DNA of 32,000 bases from Sulfolobus acidocaldarius DSM 639 (GTDB taxonomy: Archaea; Thermoproteota; Thermoprotei_A; Sulfolobales; Sulfolobaceae). The stretch's first letter is position 1. The number at the start of each line of letters is the position of its first letter. Under the pieces are notes generated by a model. It did no database searches. It was not told the origin of the DNA and worked only from the letters and a program-made list of their open reading frames with translations. Shown here piece by piece: positions 1 through 8,069 of the stretch. Both the position numbers and the translations under genes were made by a program. Where the stretch lies: assembly GCF_000012285.1 (NCBI RefSeq), contig NC_007181.1, positions 330,001-362,000 of the forward strand. The letters run 5' to 3'.

Positions 1-1356
1 ATTGCGATACCCTCAGGTGTCTACGCAAGCGGAAGCTTATTCTTCTACGCTGTACCATACGTAGCATGGACATTTGGAATTGCCTTATTGACAATGCCAA
101 GACTTTGGAGTATATCGAGAAGGAGAGGATACATAACTGCAGCTGATTTCGTTAAAGATAGATTTAATAACAGACCATTATCAGTGGCAGTTGCCTTAAC
201 TGGAGCAGTGGCAGAATTACCATATATTGCATTACAGATATTTGGAATGCAGGCTGTCCTTACAGTCCTACTAATCGGACTAGGTGTAACAGGAACCTAT
301 GGGGGACTATCGGTAAGCGAATGGGCACTAATTATAGCTTTCATAGTATTGGCTGCATTTACCATAACCAGTGGTCTAAGAGGAGCAGCACTTACAGCCG
401 TGTTTAAGGATATTCTTATCTGGATCACAGTATTAACTGTTATTATAGCAGTACCGTTAGCTTATGGTGGGTTCTCCCACGCATTTTCTGCAATAGAGGC
501 AATAAAAGGAAAAGGAGCTGCAGCATATGAATTTCTCAGTCCAAGCGCCATAACAAACTATTTTACGTTAGCTCTAGGGAGTGCGATGGCTCTATATCTT
601 TACCCACATTCTATAAACGGTTCATTGTCAGCACAAGATACAGATAAGCTAAAGAAGAGTACATCATTACTTCCATTATATGGAGTAGGATTAGCGCTAT
701 TAGCGTTATTCGGAATATTGATTTATGCTGTCCCATCAGCTCTGAGCATAGTTGTTTCAAACAAAAACGGCGCTTTAACTGTTCCAAGTTTAATAGCTGC
801 AACAATGCCTAGTTGGTTCGTAGGTTTAGGCTTAGTGGCAATATTCGTAGGAGGATTAGTGCCAGCGGCAATAATGGCAATAGGAGCCTCAAATCTATTG
901 ACAAGAAATGTGATAGGAGAGTTCAAAAAACTATCACCAAGGACTGAGTCGAACTTAGCTAAGATAATATCCACTGTATTTAAATTCGCAGCCTTAGCGT
1001 TCATCTTCATTGTACAGGCTACATATGCTGTGCAGCTTCAATTATTGGGAGGAATCTTAATACTTCAAACTCTTCCTGCAGTATTCTTAGGACTTTACAC
1101 TAACAAGCTAGAGGGATATTCTACTTTCGCAGGTTGGATTGCAGGTATAGCTTCAGGTGTTTACATGGTACTTTACACTAATAACTTCGGAACTTTATTA
1201 AAGTCGTATTTAGCTACTCCTTATGGTCCAATTTACATTGGAGTCTTATCGCTGGCAATAAACATACTTGTGACAGTTATTGGAACTTTAATAGCCTATG
1301 GAGTAGGCTGGAGGCCATCTCAGAAAATTAAGGCAGAAGAATTTGAAGTAGTATAA
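1..1356 (+). CDS. sodium:solute symporter (SSF) family permease; 5' end lies outside the window
   Basis: Frame 1 is open from nt 1 ([20 protein letters not shown]... precedes the listed Met at 88), so the gene starts upstream. The product is a continuous multi-TM, Gly/Ala-rich protein typical of SSF (PutP/ActP-like) transporters. Stop TAA at 1354-1356 is followed by T-tracts. Confidence 0.8.
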   Translation: MAIPSGVYASGSLFFYAVPYVAWTFGIALLTMPRLWSISRRRGYITAADFVKDRFNNRPLSVAVALTGAVAELPYIALQIFGMQAVLTVLLIGLGVTGTYGGLSVSEWALIIAFIVLAAFTITSGLRGAALTAVFKDILIWITVLTVIIAVPLAYGGFSHAFSAIEAIKGKGAAAYEFLSPSAITNYFTLALGSAMALYLYPHSINGSLSAQDTDKLKKSTSLLPLYGVGLALLALFGILIYAVPSALSIVVSNKNGALTVPSLIAATMPSWFVGLGLVAIFVGGLVPAAIMAIGASNLLTRNVIGEFKKLSPRTESNLAKIISTVFKFAALAFIFIVQATYAVQLQLLGGILILQTLPAVFLGLYTNKLEGYSTFAGWIAGIASGVYMVLYTNNFGTLLKSYLATPYGPIYIGVLSLAINILVTVIGTLIAYGVGWRPSQKIKAEEFEVV

Positions 1357-1374
1357 AGAATTATATAATCAGAA

Positions 1375-1399
1375 TTTTTCTAAGTTATTTCTCTTTTTT
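1375..1399 (+). terminator. T-tract terminator candidate downstream of the symporter gene
   Basis: T5 (1375-1379) and T6 (1394-1399) lie within 45 nt of the stop codon. Archaeal termination commonly uses oligo-T tracts. Confidence 0.3.
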
Positions 1400-1630
1400 C
1401 CTGTACCAATTTCAACATAAATACTATTTATATCCTGAAAGGAAAAACTCATAATAGACAAATGACTATGGAATACCATGGCAAAGACTAATAAAGCTTA
1501 AGACAAAAGTAGTAATATGAGGTGTGATAGAATGATTAGAGATATAGATTTAGACTATTACCTTACCCTAGTTGCTCTAGGATTCTATTAAGATTCTTAA
1601 TTTATTAGATAGAGTGCCTATTAGTTTAGA

Positions 1631-1996
1631 GTGGAATACCCATATTTTGACTTAAAGACTGCAAGAGAATTGTTACCATGGTTAAGAGAAAAGCTAAAGG
1701 AGATAAAGAGAGTGAAGAGATTAGTTGAGGAGAGTTTAGTTAGGGGCGATAAAAGCTCAATATTCAAGTACACTGTTCAAGTAGACATGATTGTAAGGGA
1801 AATCACAGAAAAAGGGATTGTTCTGAGGGATCCTGATATAGGACTAGTTGATTTTCCTGCCCTAATAAACAACAAACCAGCATATCTGTGTTGGAAACTT
1901 GATGAAGAAGATATTTTATACTGGCATTACGCTGAAGAAGGATTCAGAGGAAGAAAAAGAATATCTGGTACTGAGGACATTCTTAGTCTGACTTAG
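1631..1996 (+). CDS. DUF2203 family protein
   Basis: 121 aa with a GTG start. N-terminal coiled-coil-like segment, then GIVLRDPDIGLVDFPA...YLCWKLDEEDILYWH..EGFRGRK, which matches the conserved core I recall for DUF2203. The 3' end overlaps the convergent dehydrogenase gene by 14 nt. Confidence 0.65.
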   Translation: MEYPYFDLKTARELLPWLREKLKEIKRVKRLVEESLVRGDKSSIFKYTVQVDMIVREITEKGIVLRDPDIGLVDFPALINNKPAYLCWKLDEEDILYWHYAEEGFRGRKRISGTEDILSLT

Positions 1997-2858
1997 ACTT
2001 AGGTGACTTCTTATAAACTTCTATAACTGAGGCAAAATCACTATCTCCATAACCTAGACCGTCTGCCAATCTATATAATTGAAGTGATATAGAAGTTAAA
2101 GGTGTGATCACTTTTAGGTTTTGGGATTCTCTTACTGCTATTTCGAGATCTTTAGCCATATGCTTAGTTGCAAACTGTGTTGAATAGTCACCACTAATTA
2201 CTTTAGGTAATTTGAGCTCCATAAAGGGAGACTTCACACTGGCATATTGAGATAAGATCGTCTTTATCTCTTCAGGATCCAAGCCAGATCTTACTCCAAA
2301 AGTAAAAGCCTCAGCTAATGCCGTCATATATATACCAGTAAGCAAATTGTTGGCGATTTTAGCATAAAGAGCAGATCCGTTCTTGCCCACATAAATAACG
2401 TTAGCAGCTGTTTCCTTTAGAACGTCCTGAACTATGTTGAATTTTTCCTTAGGTCCTCCAACTAGTACAGTTATCTTCTTTTGCTCAACAGCAATGGTAG
2501 TGCCTATAACAGGTGTATCAAACATAATACCTCCGTGTTTAGATACTTCATTAGAAAGTGAGATAGATGTGGATGGGGATATGGTTGACATATCTACTAT
2601 TATTTTGTCTTTTACATATGGAAGCAAAGGAGTGATAAAGGATTTTACAGCCTCGTCGTCTGAAAGCATAGTGATTAAGAAGTCTACTGACTGAATTAAC
2701 GACTTTGGGTCTTCCGCGTATTTAACACCGTACTCCTTATGGAATTGCTCTGCTTTACTCACTGTCCTGTTATATACCATATTTAATTTTCCTGCCTTAG
2801 CTAAATTAGCCGCTATCCTATAACCCATTATTCCTAAACCAGCCAATCCTATACGCAT
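1983..2858 (-). CDS. NAD(P)-dependent beta-hydroxyacid dehydrogenase (3-hydroxyisobutyrate / 6-phosphogluconate dehydrogenase-like)
   Basis: N-terminal Rossmann motif MRIGLAGLGIMGYRIAANL and a C-terminal all-helical domain with the KDL motif (HMAKDLEIA) of the HIBADH family. I prefer the ATG at 2858 (Met7 of the listed ORF) because a TATA-like ATATAAGG (2881-2888) sits about 26 nt upstream of it. Confidence 0.85.
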   Translation of the reverse strand: MRIGLAGLGIMGYRIAANLAKAGKLNMVYNRTVSKAEQFHKEYGVKYAEDPKSLIQSVDFLITMLSDDEAVKSFITPLLPYVKDKIIVDMSTISPSTSISLSNEVSKHGGIMFDTPVIGTTIAVEQKKITVLVGGPKEKFNIVQDVLKETAANVIYVGKNGSALYAKIANNLLTGIYMTALAEAFTFGVRSGLDPEEIKTILSQYASVKSPFMELKLPKVISGDYSTQFATKHMAKDLEIAVRESQNLKVITPLTSISLQLYRLADGLGYGDSDFASVIEVYKKSPKSKSD

Positions 2859-3030
2859 AGAAAGAAATATGACCACGAGAATATAAGGTTTTTATAAAAT
2901 CAATTGACGTAAAAGCCAAATACAAGAGATTTAGTCTCAACACTAAAATTATTTTGAGAAGAAGAAAAACATTAAACAGATTTTAAAGCTTCATAATTGA
3001 TATAGAAAAATAAAATGTTGTTTTTATTTT

Positions 3031-3417
3031 TTAGAATCCGTATCCGTGATGGTGATGATGGTGGAAGTGTTCTTCTGCATACATGTCTTCTTCCAGTTCT
3101 TCGGTCATATTCTTCTTCACTGTCTCAAGATTATTTAGAACGTCATTCAATGTTTTTAATTCTGTTGGAACGTACTTTATTCTCCCGTGGCTCATCATAT
3201 ATGAACCAGGGCATAAGAACTGTTTGCCTACTATAATCGCCTCTGGTGGTGGATTTATAGCATTAAGTATAATGTCCATTGTAGCCTCTTTACTACCCAT
3301 ACCTGCATTCTCGTATTGTTCTACTTCTTTTTTCTCTTCGTCAATAATTCCTATAATTTCTGCCTCATCTAAGGGCTTTAGATTATACTCTTTATCATAG
3401 GTTACAGCTATTCTCAT
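3031..3417 (-). CDS. NifX/NifB-type (dinitrogenase FeMo-cofactor-binding fold) family protein with a C-terminal His-rich tail
   Basis: 128 aa. MRIAVTYD...EAEIIGIIDEE..., then a central ...EAIIVGKQF.CPGS... pattern resembling the small NifX/NifY/DUF-type alpha/beta proteins. The C-terminus is HFHHHHHHGYGF (His6 at 3046-3063, mixed CAC/CAT codons). The family call is tentative. Confidence 0.5.
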   Translation of the reverse strand: MRIAVTYDKEYNLKPLDEAEIIGIIDEEKKEVEQYENAGMGSKEATMDIILNAINPPPEAIIVGKQFLCPGSYMMSHGRIKYVPTELKTLNDVLNNLETVKKNMTEELEEDMYAEEHFHHHHHHGYGF

Positions 3418-3574
3418 TTTTAATCATTTACAAATCACTTTACAGGTTAATAAGTGTGAATATAATATGGAGTCAAATACTATTATATTTCTTTTTATAG
3501 TAAAAATAAGATTTACGAAATCTACACGAGTAAATGCTAATATTCTTCATTGCTTCAAAAGTTAATATTAAGAC

Positions 3575-3580
3575 TTTTAA
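3575..3580 (+). promoter_or_regulatory. TATA-box candidate for the Rdx-like gene (leaderless arrangement)
   Basis: TTTTAA is centred about 26.5 nt upstream of ATG 3604. The same spacing recurs at other first genes in this window. Confidence 0.35.
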
Positions 3581-3603
3581 GCTACTGGCTACATTATATC
3601 ATT

Positions 3604-3846
3604 ATGCCGACCAATGTAAAAATAGTTTATTGTAGACCCTGTGGATTTTTAGATAGAGCCCTAAATTTAGCTAGAGACCTACTTTCCTATTATGAGGGAG
3701 TTAATGTAGAGTTAGAACAAGGCAAGAATGGGATTTTCGACGTATATGTAGACGGTCAACTGATATTCTCAAGGTTCAAAGAGAAGAGATTCCCCGACAG
3801 TCAAGAAATATTGAAAGAGCTATCAAAGAAAGCTACAGCTCAATAA
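3604..3846 (+). CDS. Rdx (SelW/SelT/SelH-like) thioredoxin-fold redox protein with a CxxC motif
   Basis: MPTNVKIVYCRPCGFLDRALNLARDLL... carries the N-terminal beta-strand-CxxC-helix signature of the Rdx family, followed by ...GIFDVYVDGQLIFSR. The start is taken at ATG 3604 (Met19 of the listed TTG ORF) because the family begins right at this strand and a TATA-like box sits at -26. Confidence 0.7.
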   Translation: MPTNVKIVYCRPCGFLDRALNLARDLLSYYEGVNVELEQGKNGIFDVYVDGQLIFSRFKEKRFPDSQEILKELSKKATAQ

Positions 3847-3890
3847 GAGTAAAGAAATAAATTTCTCTTTTTATTTTATCTTTACCATTT

Positions 3891-4880
3891 TTACATCTCT
3901 CTCAATTTTAACAATCTAGCCCCTACACCCAGGAAGACTAAAGTTAAGATGATAATCGTAATCAAGTAGATAGGATTTGGTAACACGTTAAACACTATTG
4001 CCTGCCTAACCACGTCATTAACAATCGAAACTGGCTGATACTCTGCAATTAAACCTAAAATTGATGGGAATATTGATGACGAGTAGAAAGCATTACTTAT
4101 GAACATAAGTGGGAAAACGATAAATGTAGGAACAACATTAGCTAAGAAGATCTTATCCTTAGGCGTCAAACCTAATATAATGGCACCCAGACCAGAAAAC
4201 ATCAACGTCGAGAGAATTAGTACTCCCAAGAACTCTAATATAGAAACAGGGGTAAAGCCCAATATTAAACCTAAACCTAATACAACTATAGAGGATAAGA
4301 TAGTGATGAGAACCTCGTAGATCATTAAAGATAATACCCACTCATAGTCACGTAATGGTGAAGAAGCTAATCTGTCCACAAGTCTATCCCTATAATAACC
4401 TGACCCTACACCAGTAACACCAAATATACCATTAGATAAGGCTATTACCCCAATCACACCTGAAATCTCATATGCTACAGGAGTATTTCTGGTTAAGATA
4501 AGTTGAGAACTAAATATACTAGTTTGATTTGTGTAGTATGAATTTAGATAAGACTGGAGTAAAGGGACATATTCTTGTTCTAGTTGATTATAGTAGACGT
4601 TTTTGGACGTTAAGTTGATAAAAATTACAGGCTCATACTTGACTATAGAAGGAGAGCCACCAATATAAGCTGTAAATAGTCCTGATGCATTAACGTATTT
4701 TCCAACCTTCTGAGCGTTTTCACCAGTCAAATACACTGTAGCATGGGGTTGAAATGCATTCCCTAACAGCGAGAACACCAGGGCTAAAATTAACGGAAAG
4801 AATATCACAAAACCTAATGTAACTCTACTACTCAGGTTATCCTTAATTATAGCCCTAGTAGTCGGAATTACGTTTCTCAA
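3891..4880 (-). CDS. ABC-2 type transporter permease
   Basis: 329 aa. One N-terminal TM, a large extracytoplasmic loop, then 5 C-terminal TM helices, which is the ABC-2 exporter architecture. The start overlaps the stop of the upstream ATPase gene by 26 nt, suggesting an operon. Confidence 0.75.
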   Translation of the reverse strand: MRNVIPTTRAIIKDNLSSRVTLGFVIFFPLILALVFSLLGNAFQPHATVYLTGENAQKVGKYVNASGLFTAYIGGSPSIVKYEPVIFINLTSKNVYYNQLEQEYVPLLQSYLNSYYTNQTSIFSSQLILTRNTPVAYEISGVIGVIALSNGIFGVTGVGSGYYRDRLVDRLASSPLRDYEWVLSLMIYEVLITILSSIVVLGLGLILGFTPVSILEFLGVLILSTLMFSGLGAIILGLTPKDKIFLANVVPTFIVFPLMFISNAFYSSSIFPSILGLIAEYQPVSIVNDVVRQAIVFNVLPNPIYLITIIILTLVFLGVGARLLKLREM

Positions 4881-5604
4881 AGTTTTCCCCCCTTAACTCT
4901 CTCATTAACTCAAGATAAGCATCTTCCAATGAGGAGCTATTAAATTCATTTACAAGCTCCCTGGGAGAAGTCTCCTTGATCATTTTCCCCTTATAAATAA
5001 CCACAACCCTATCTGCTAACTTTTCAGCTTCGTCTAAATAATGAGTAGCTAGAAATATTGTAATTTTCTTTTCCTTTAAGGCTCGAATTATATCCCACAT
5101 CTTTCTCCTTGACTCAGGATCTAATCCAACAGTAGGTTCATCCAGAAACACAATCTTTGGGTTACCGACTATACCACAGGCTATAGCTACTCTTCTCTTT
5201 AATCCCCCAGACAAATTCCTGAATCTCTTCTTCTCATGTTCCTTTAAATCTAAAAGTTCTAAAACCTCTTCGACCTTATTTTTCGCTTTATAAAGTGAGG
5301 CAAAGTACTCAATATTTTCTCTTACACTTAAATCAGCAAAACCTTGAAATTCCTGTGGTACACTACTTACCATTTCTCTTATTTTTTTACATTCCTTAGG
5401 AACTTCATAGCCTAAGACTATAACCTTGCCCTTAGTTGGCTTTAATACACATGAGAGGATTTTCACTGTAGTCGTCTTTCCAGCACCATTGGGACCTAGA
5501 ATTGTGAAAATTTCTCCTTCATTAACATTAAAGGATATGCCCCTCAAAGCCTCTATTCCACCCTTATAAACTTTCCATAAATCTTCAATAGTTATAATAC
5601 TCAT
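4855..5604 (-). CDS. ABC transporter ATP-binding protein (ABC-2/DrrA-like)
   Basis: Walker A GPNGAGKTT, Q-loop, signature LSGGLKRR, Walker B IVFLDEPTVGLD, H-loop ATHYLDE. The start is set at ATG 5604 (MSIITIEDLWKVY...). The 88 codons further upstream in the ORF track have no ABC homology and overlap the divergent gene. Confidence 0.9.
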   Translation of the reverse strand: MSIITIEDLWKVYKGGIEALRGISFNVNEGEIFTILGPNGAGKTTTVKILSCVLKPTKGKVIVLGYEVPKECKKIREMVSSVPQEFQGFADLSVRENIEYFASLYKAKNKVEEVLELLDLKEHEKKRFRNLSGGLKRRVAIACGIVGNPKIVFLDEPTVGLDPESRRKMWDIIRALKEKKITIFLATHYLDEAEKLADRVVVIYKGKMIKETSPRELVNEFNSSSLEDAYLELMRELRGENFEKRNSDY

Positions 5605-5632
5605 ATAGTTAGCATGAGTTAGGGAACCTATT

Positions 5633-6574
5633 ATGCGTTTCGGAAAATTAAATCCTAAAGCCTTCCTCCACAGATTACCCATAGGAAATTGTGTAGTATG
5701 CCCAGGCATAGGAGAAGACGATGCATACGTAAAAGTAGAAGGCGAATATCTTGTTATACACTCTGATCCAATAACAGAAACAGGCAAGGATGCAGGATAT
5801 TTGTCTGTTGTAGTTGCCTGTAATGACGTAAATATGAAAGGGGTTGAATGTAAGTCAATAATTACCACCCTTTTACTTCATGACGAGGAAAGTCTATCTC
5901 CTGTCATTGAGGGGATAAGTGAGGCATGTAACATACTGAAGTGTAAAGTAGTTGGTGGGCATACTGAGCTAACCAAAGGATTAGACAGAGATATTGTAGT
6001 AACTACAGCTTTTTCATTTTCTAATCACGTTCTACGCCTCTCAGACGTAAGGGAAAATGACTATATAGTTCTTTTCGGTAACCCTGGAATTGAGGGCACT
6101 TGGATTTTGGCAAATGAATATGAGGATAAACTGAGTAGACTGGGAGTTAGTAGAAACCTCATTGAAAGAGCCAAGAGATTCAAATATCTTATTCCAGTGC
6201 AGGATAAAGCTATGAAAGTTAAGGACTATGCAATATCAATGCATGATGCTACGGAAGGTGGTATTTATCAAGCATTATTGGAAGTGGCTCAAGCTACTAA
6301 CCTAAGAGTAGTTGTAGAAAAGGAGAAAATACCTTTACTAGAGGAAACTGTCGAGATCACTAAAGCACTGAATATAAACCCATATACGCTAATTTCGTCT
6401 GGAGCCTTCATAGTTATAACTAGAGACTATGAAAAATTAACTCGATTAGGAGGAGTTTTAATAGGTAAACTCAAGAGGGATACACCTGCACTTGAGGTAA
6501 ACGGTGAAGTTTACACTGAGGATTTTGAAGAGGAGTTGGTAAGGTTTGAAGGCTATAATAATGGCGGGAGGTAA
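5633..6574 (+). CDS. AIR synthase-related protein (PurM/ThiL/HypE/SelD superfamily, ATP-utilising), specific function unknown
   Basis: N-terminal domain: GKL...GEDDAYVKV.G.YLVIHSDPI.....AGYLSVVVACNDVNMKGVE...VVGGHTE. C-terminal domain: MHDATEGGIYQALLEVA. These are the two PurM-fold domain signatures. The 3' end overlaps cobY. Confidence 0.8.
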   Translation: MRFGKLNPKAFLHRLPIGNCVVCPGIGEDDAYVKVEGEYLVIHSDPITETGKDAGYLSVVVACNDVNMKGVECKSIITTLLLHDEESLSPVIEGISEACNILKCKVVGGHTELTKGLDRDIVVTTAFSFSNHVLRLSDVRENDYIVLFGNPGIEGTWILANEYEDKLSRLGVSRNLIERAKRFKYLIPVQDKAMKVKDYAISMHDATEGGIYQALLEVAQATNLRVVVEKEKIPLLEETVEITKALNINPYTLISSGAFIVITRDYEKLTRLGGVLIGKLKRDTPALEVNGEVYTEDFEEELVRFEGYNNGGR

Positions 6575-7037
6575 GGGAAGTAGAATATCCCCATATAAAC
6601 CAATCCTAGAAATATGTGGTTTTCCGATGTACTACTGGGTTTATAGAAGTCTGAGAGAGTTTGCAGAGGAGATATACCTTGCAATTACCCCTTGGAGTTC
6701 CCTTATCTTCTCAGATATTCCTAAGATCATTACATATGGTAATGGTTATGAGAATGATGTTATAGAAGCTGTTAAACAAGTAGGATTTCCTGTTATAGTC
6801 ACACCCTCTGATACGCCATTAATTCCTAAACACGTGTTTATGAAACTGATCAATGATTGTAGGGCTCAAATCTGCTCCATCAAGGACGTAAAAGACTACG
6901 TAGGAATTAGCCTGTGGAAATCTTTGAAGTTAAACGAATACCAGGATATACTAGTTGAGGAAGAAATCCTAAATGTAAATACTCCTGAAGATTATAGGAA
7001 AGTCAAAAATATATGTGGCAATATAGATGAAAACTAA
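6546..7037 (+). CDS. cobY: adenosylcobinamide-phosphate guanylyltransferase, archaeal CobY type (NTP-transferase fold)
   Basis: N-terminal (M)KAIIMAGGKGSRI nucleotidyltransferase P-loop, small size (163 aa), and cobalamin gene context. The TTG start at 6546 is preferred because it preserves the beta-strand before GGKG. An alternative ATG lies at 6561. Confidence 0.6.
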   Translation: MKAIIMAGGKGSRISPYKPILEICGFPMYYWVYRSLREFAEEIYLAITPWSSLIFSDIPKIITYGNGYENDVIEAVKQVGFPVIVTPSDTPLIPKHVFMKLINDCRAQICSIKDVKDYVGISLWKSLKLNEYQDILVEEEILNVNTPEDYRKVKNICGNIDEN

Positions 7038-7783
7038 TGGCTAATAGAATTATAGTCTTCTTTCCGGTCAGGGGAATTACAGCGATTCTTTACGTATTCC
7101 TCGCCTTATTTCTGTTCATTATCTCACTTAGCTACTTCACCTATTTATTTAGACTAATAGGACTGTCCCATGGATTAGCATTCGTTTTCTCTTCTTTATT
7201 AACAATCTTCAGCTTTTTATTCAGCTCCGTGAATATTGTTGTCAAAGAGGTTCAAAGGGAAAGAGAGCTAGTACCAGAAGTAGATGTAGTTTATGTATTT
7301 GGAATCCCTCTTCCTGTTACAAGATTGTCCATAAAGCCTAGGAAAACATTGATAGCAATTAATGTTGGAGGATGCCTAATTCCCCTAATAATCTCCATTC
7401 TATTAATATACTTTGCTTTCCATAATTTACACAACATAATACTTCTCGTTGTAGATGTTATAATCCTGATTGCAGCATCAAAATACTTTTCAAAAGTCAT
7501 GGAAGGTGTAGGAGTAGTTATGAATCCTTTAATTCCGCCAATTATCGCAGGGATTTTCAGCGTTTTACTCTTTCTACATAACCCTTATCTAGTTCCTATA
7601 TCGGCATATATCAGTAGTGTATTTGGCACACTAATTGGGGCAGATTTACTTAATATAAGAAGTATATTAGAAGCCAACCCTCAAATTGTGAGTATAGGAG
7701 GAATGGGAACATTTGATGGAATATTCCTATCAGGCTTATTCTCTATAATTATAGGAGAACTCCTTTTAGCCCTAATTATCTAA
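7037..7783 (+). CDS. DUF1614 family integral membrane protein
   Basis: 248 aa with about 6-7 TM helices. The motifs INVGGCLIPL and SIGGMGTFDGIFLSG match what I recall for DUF1614. The ATG overlaps the cobY stop (TAATG at 7035-7039). Confidence 0.55.
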   Translation: MANRIIVFFPVRGITAILYVFLALFLFIISLSYFTYLFRLIGLSHGLAFVFSSLLTIFSFLFSSVNIVVKEVQRERELVPEVDVVYVFGIPLPVTRLSIKPRKTLIAINVGGCLIPLIISILLIYFAFHNLHNIILLVVDVIILIAASKYFSKVMEGVGVVMNPLIPPIIAGIFSVLLFLHNPYLVPISAYISSVFGTLIGADLLNIRSILEANPQIVSIGGMGTFDGIFLSGLFSIIIGELLLALII

Positions 7784-8063
7784 ACCTAAGCGGTTCTCCT
7801 CTCCTGGTCTTTATCTCAGCTATACCTTCTTTTCCCTCCTTATATCTCATCTTAACCTTTCCACCTTCAAAGACAGCCTCAATGTATCTAATATCCTCGT
7901 CATCCCATCTGGCGTACTCTATGATGTCACCAAGCTCAAACTTTTCAGAAATACCCCTCAGCATCCTTAATTCATAGTCCCTTATTGGCTCTCTTCTTTT
8001 AGGTGTTGTAAAAGCGTATAGTCTTCTCACAATTATTACTCTTTGGTCATACCTAATAAGCAT
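7776..8063 (-). CDS. hypothetical basic 95-aa protein, last gene of the cbi operon
   Basis: The ORF starts 6 nt downstream of the cbiF stop on the same strand. It is Lys/Arg/Glu-rich, has no Cys or His and no TM segment, and I recognise no family. Confidence 0.5.
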   Translation of the reverse strand: MLIRYDQRVIIVRRLYAFTTPKRREPIRDYELRMLRGISEKFELGDIIEYARWDDEDIRYIEAVFEGGKVKMRYKEGKEGIAEIKTRRGEPLRFR

Positions 8064-8069
8064 ACCGTT

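Noticed and set aside
1357-1630. A 274-bp intergenic region with box-like strings (GTGATAG, ATGATTA) and a 24-codon mini-ORF (ATGAGGTGTGAT...).
   Set aside because: There is no CUGA D box at the right spacing, so it does not form a C/D sRNA layout. The mini-ORF has no supporting signal. It is most simply the terminator of the symporter gene plus the promoter region of the DUF2203 gene.
3034-3069. The HHHHHH run might indicate an engineered His-tag or vector-derived sequence.
   Set aside because: The run is internal to the tail (followed by GYGF, preceded by HF) and uses mixed CAC/CAT codons. There is no linker, protease site or vector sequence, and the surrounding DNA is ordinary native intergenic sequence. 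It is treated as natural.
3550-3603. A TTG-initiated 18-codon extension of the Rdx-like ORF. There are similar upstream extensions at 2859-2876, 12884-12925 and 15554-15577.
   Set aside because: In each case an internal ATG coincides with the start of family-conserved sequence and has a TATA-like box about 26-27 nt upstream. The extensions would place the box inside or too close to the coding start.
5605-5868. An 88-codon N-terminal extension of the ABC ATPase ORF (the listed ORF is 4855-5868).
   Set aside because: The extension has no ABC-like sequence and is low-complexity (Ser/Thr/Pro-rich). It fully overlaps the conserved N-terminus of the divergent PurM-like gene. The canonical ABC N-terminus (MSIITIEDLWKVY) begins at ATG 5604.
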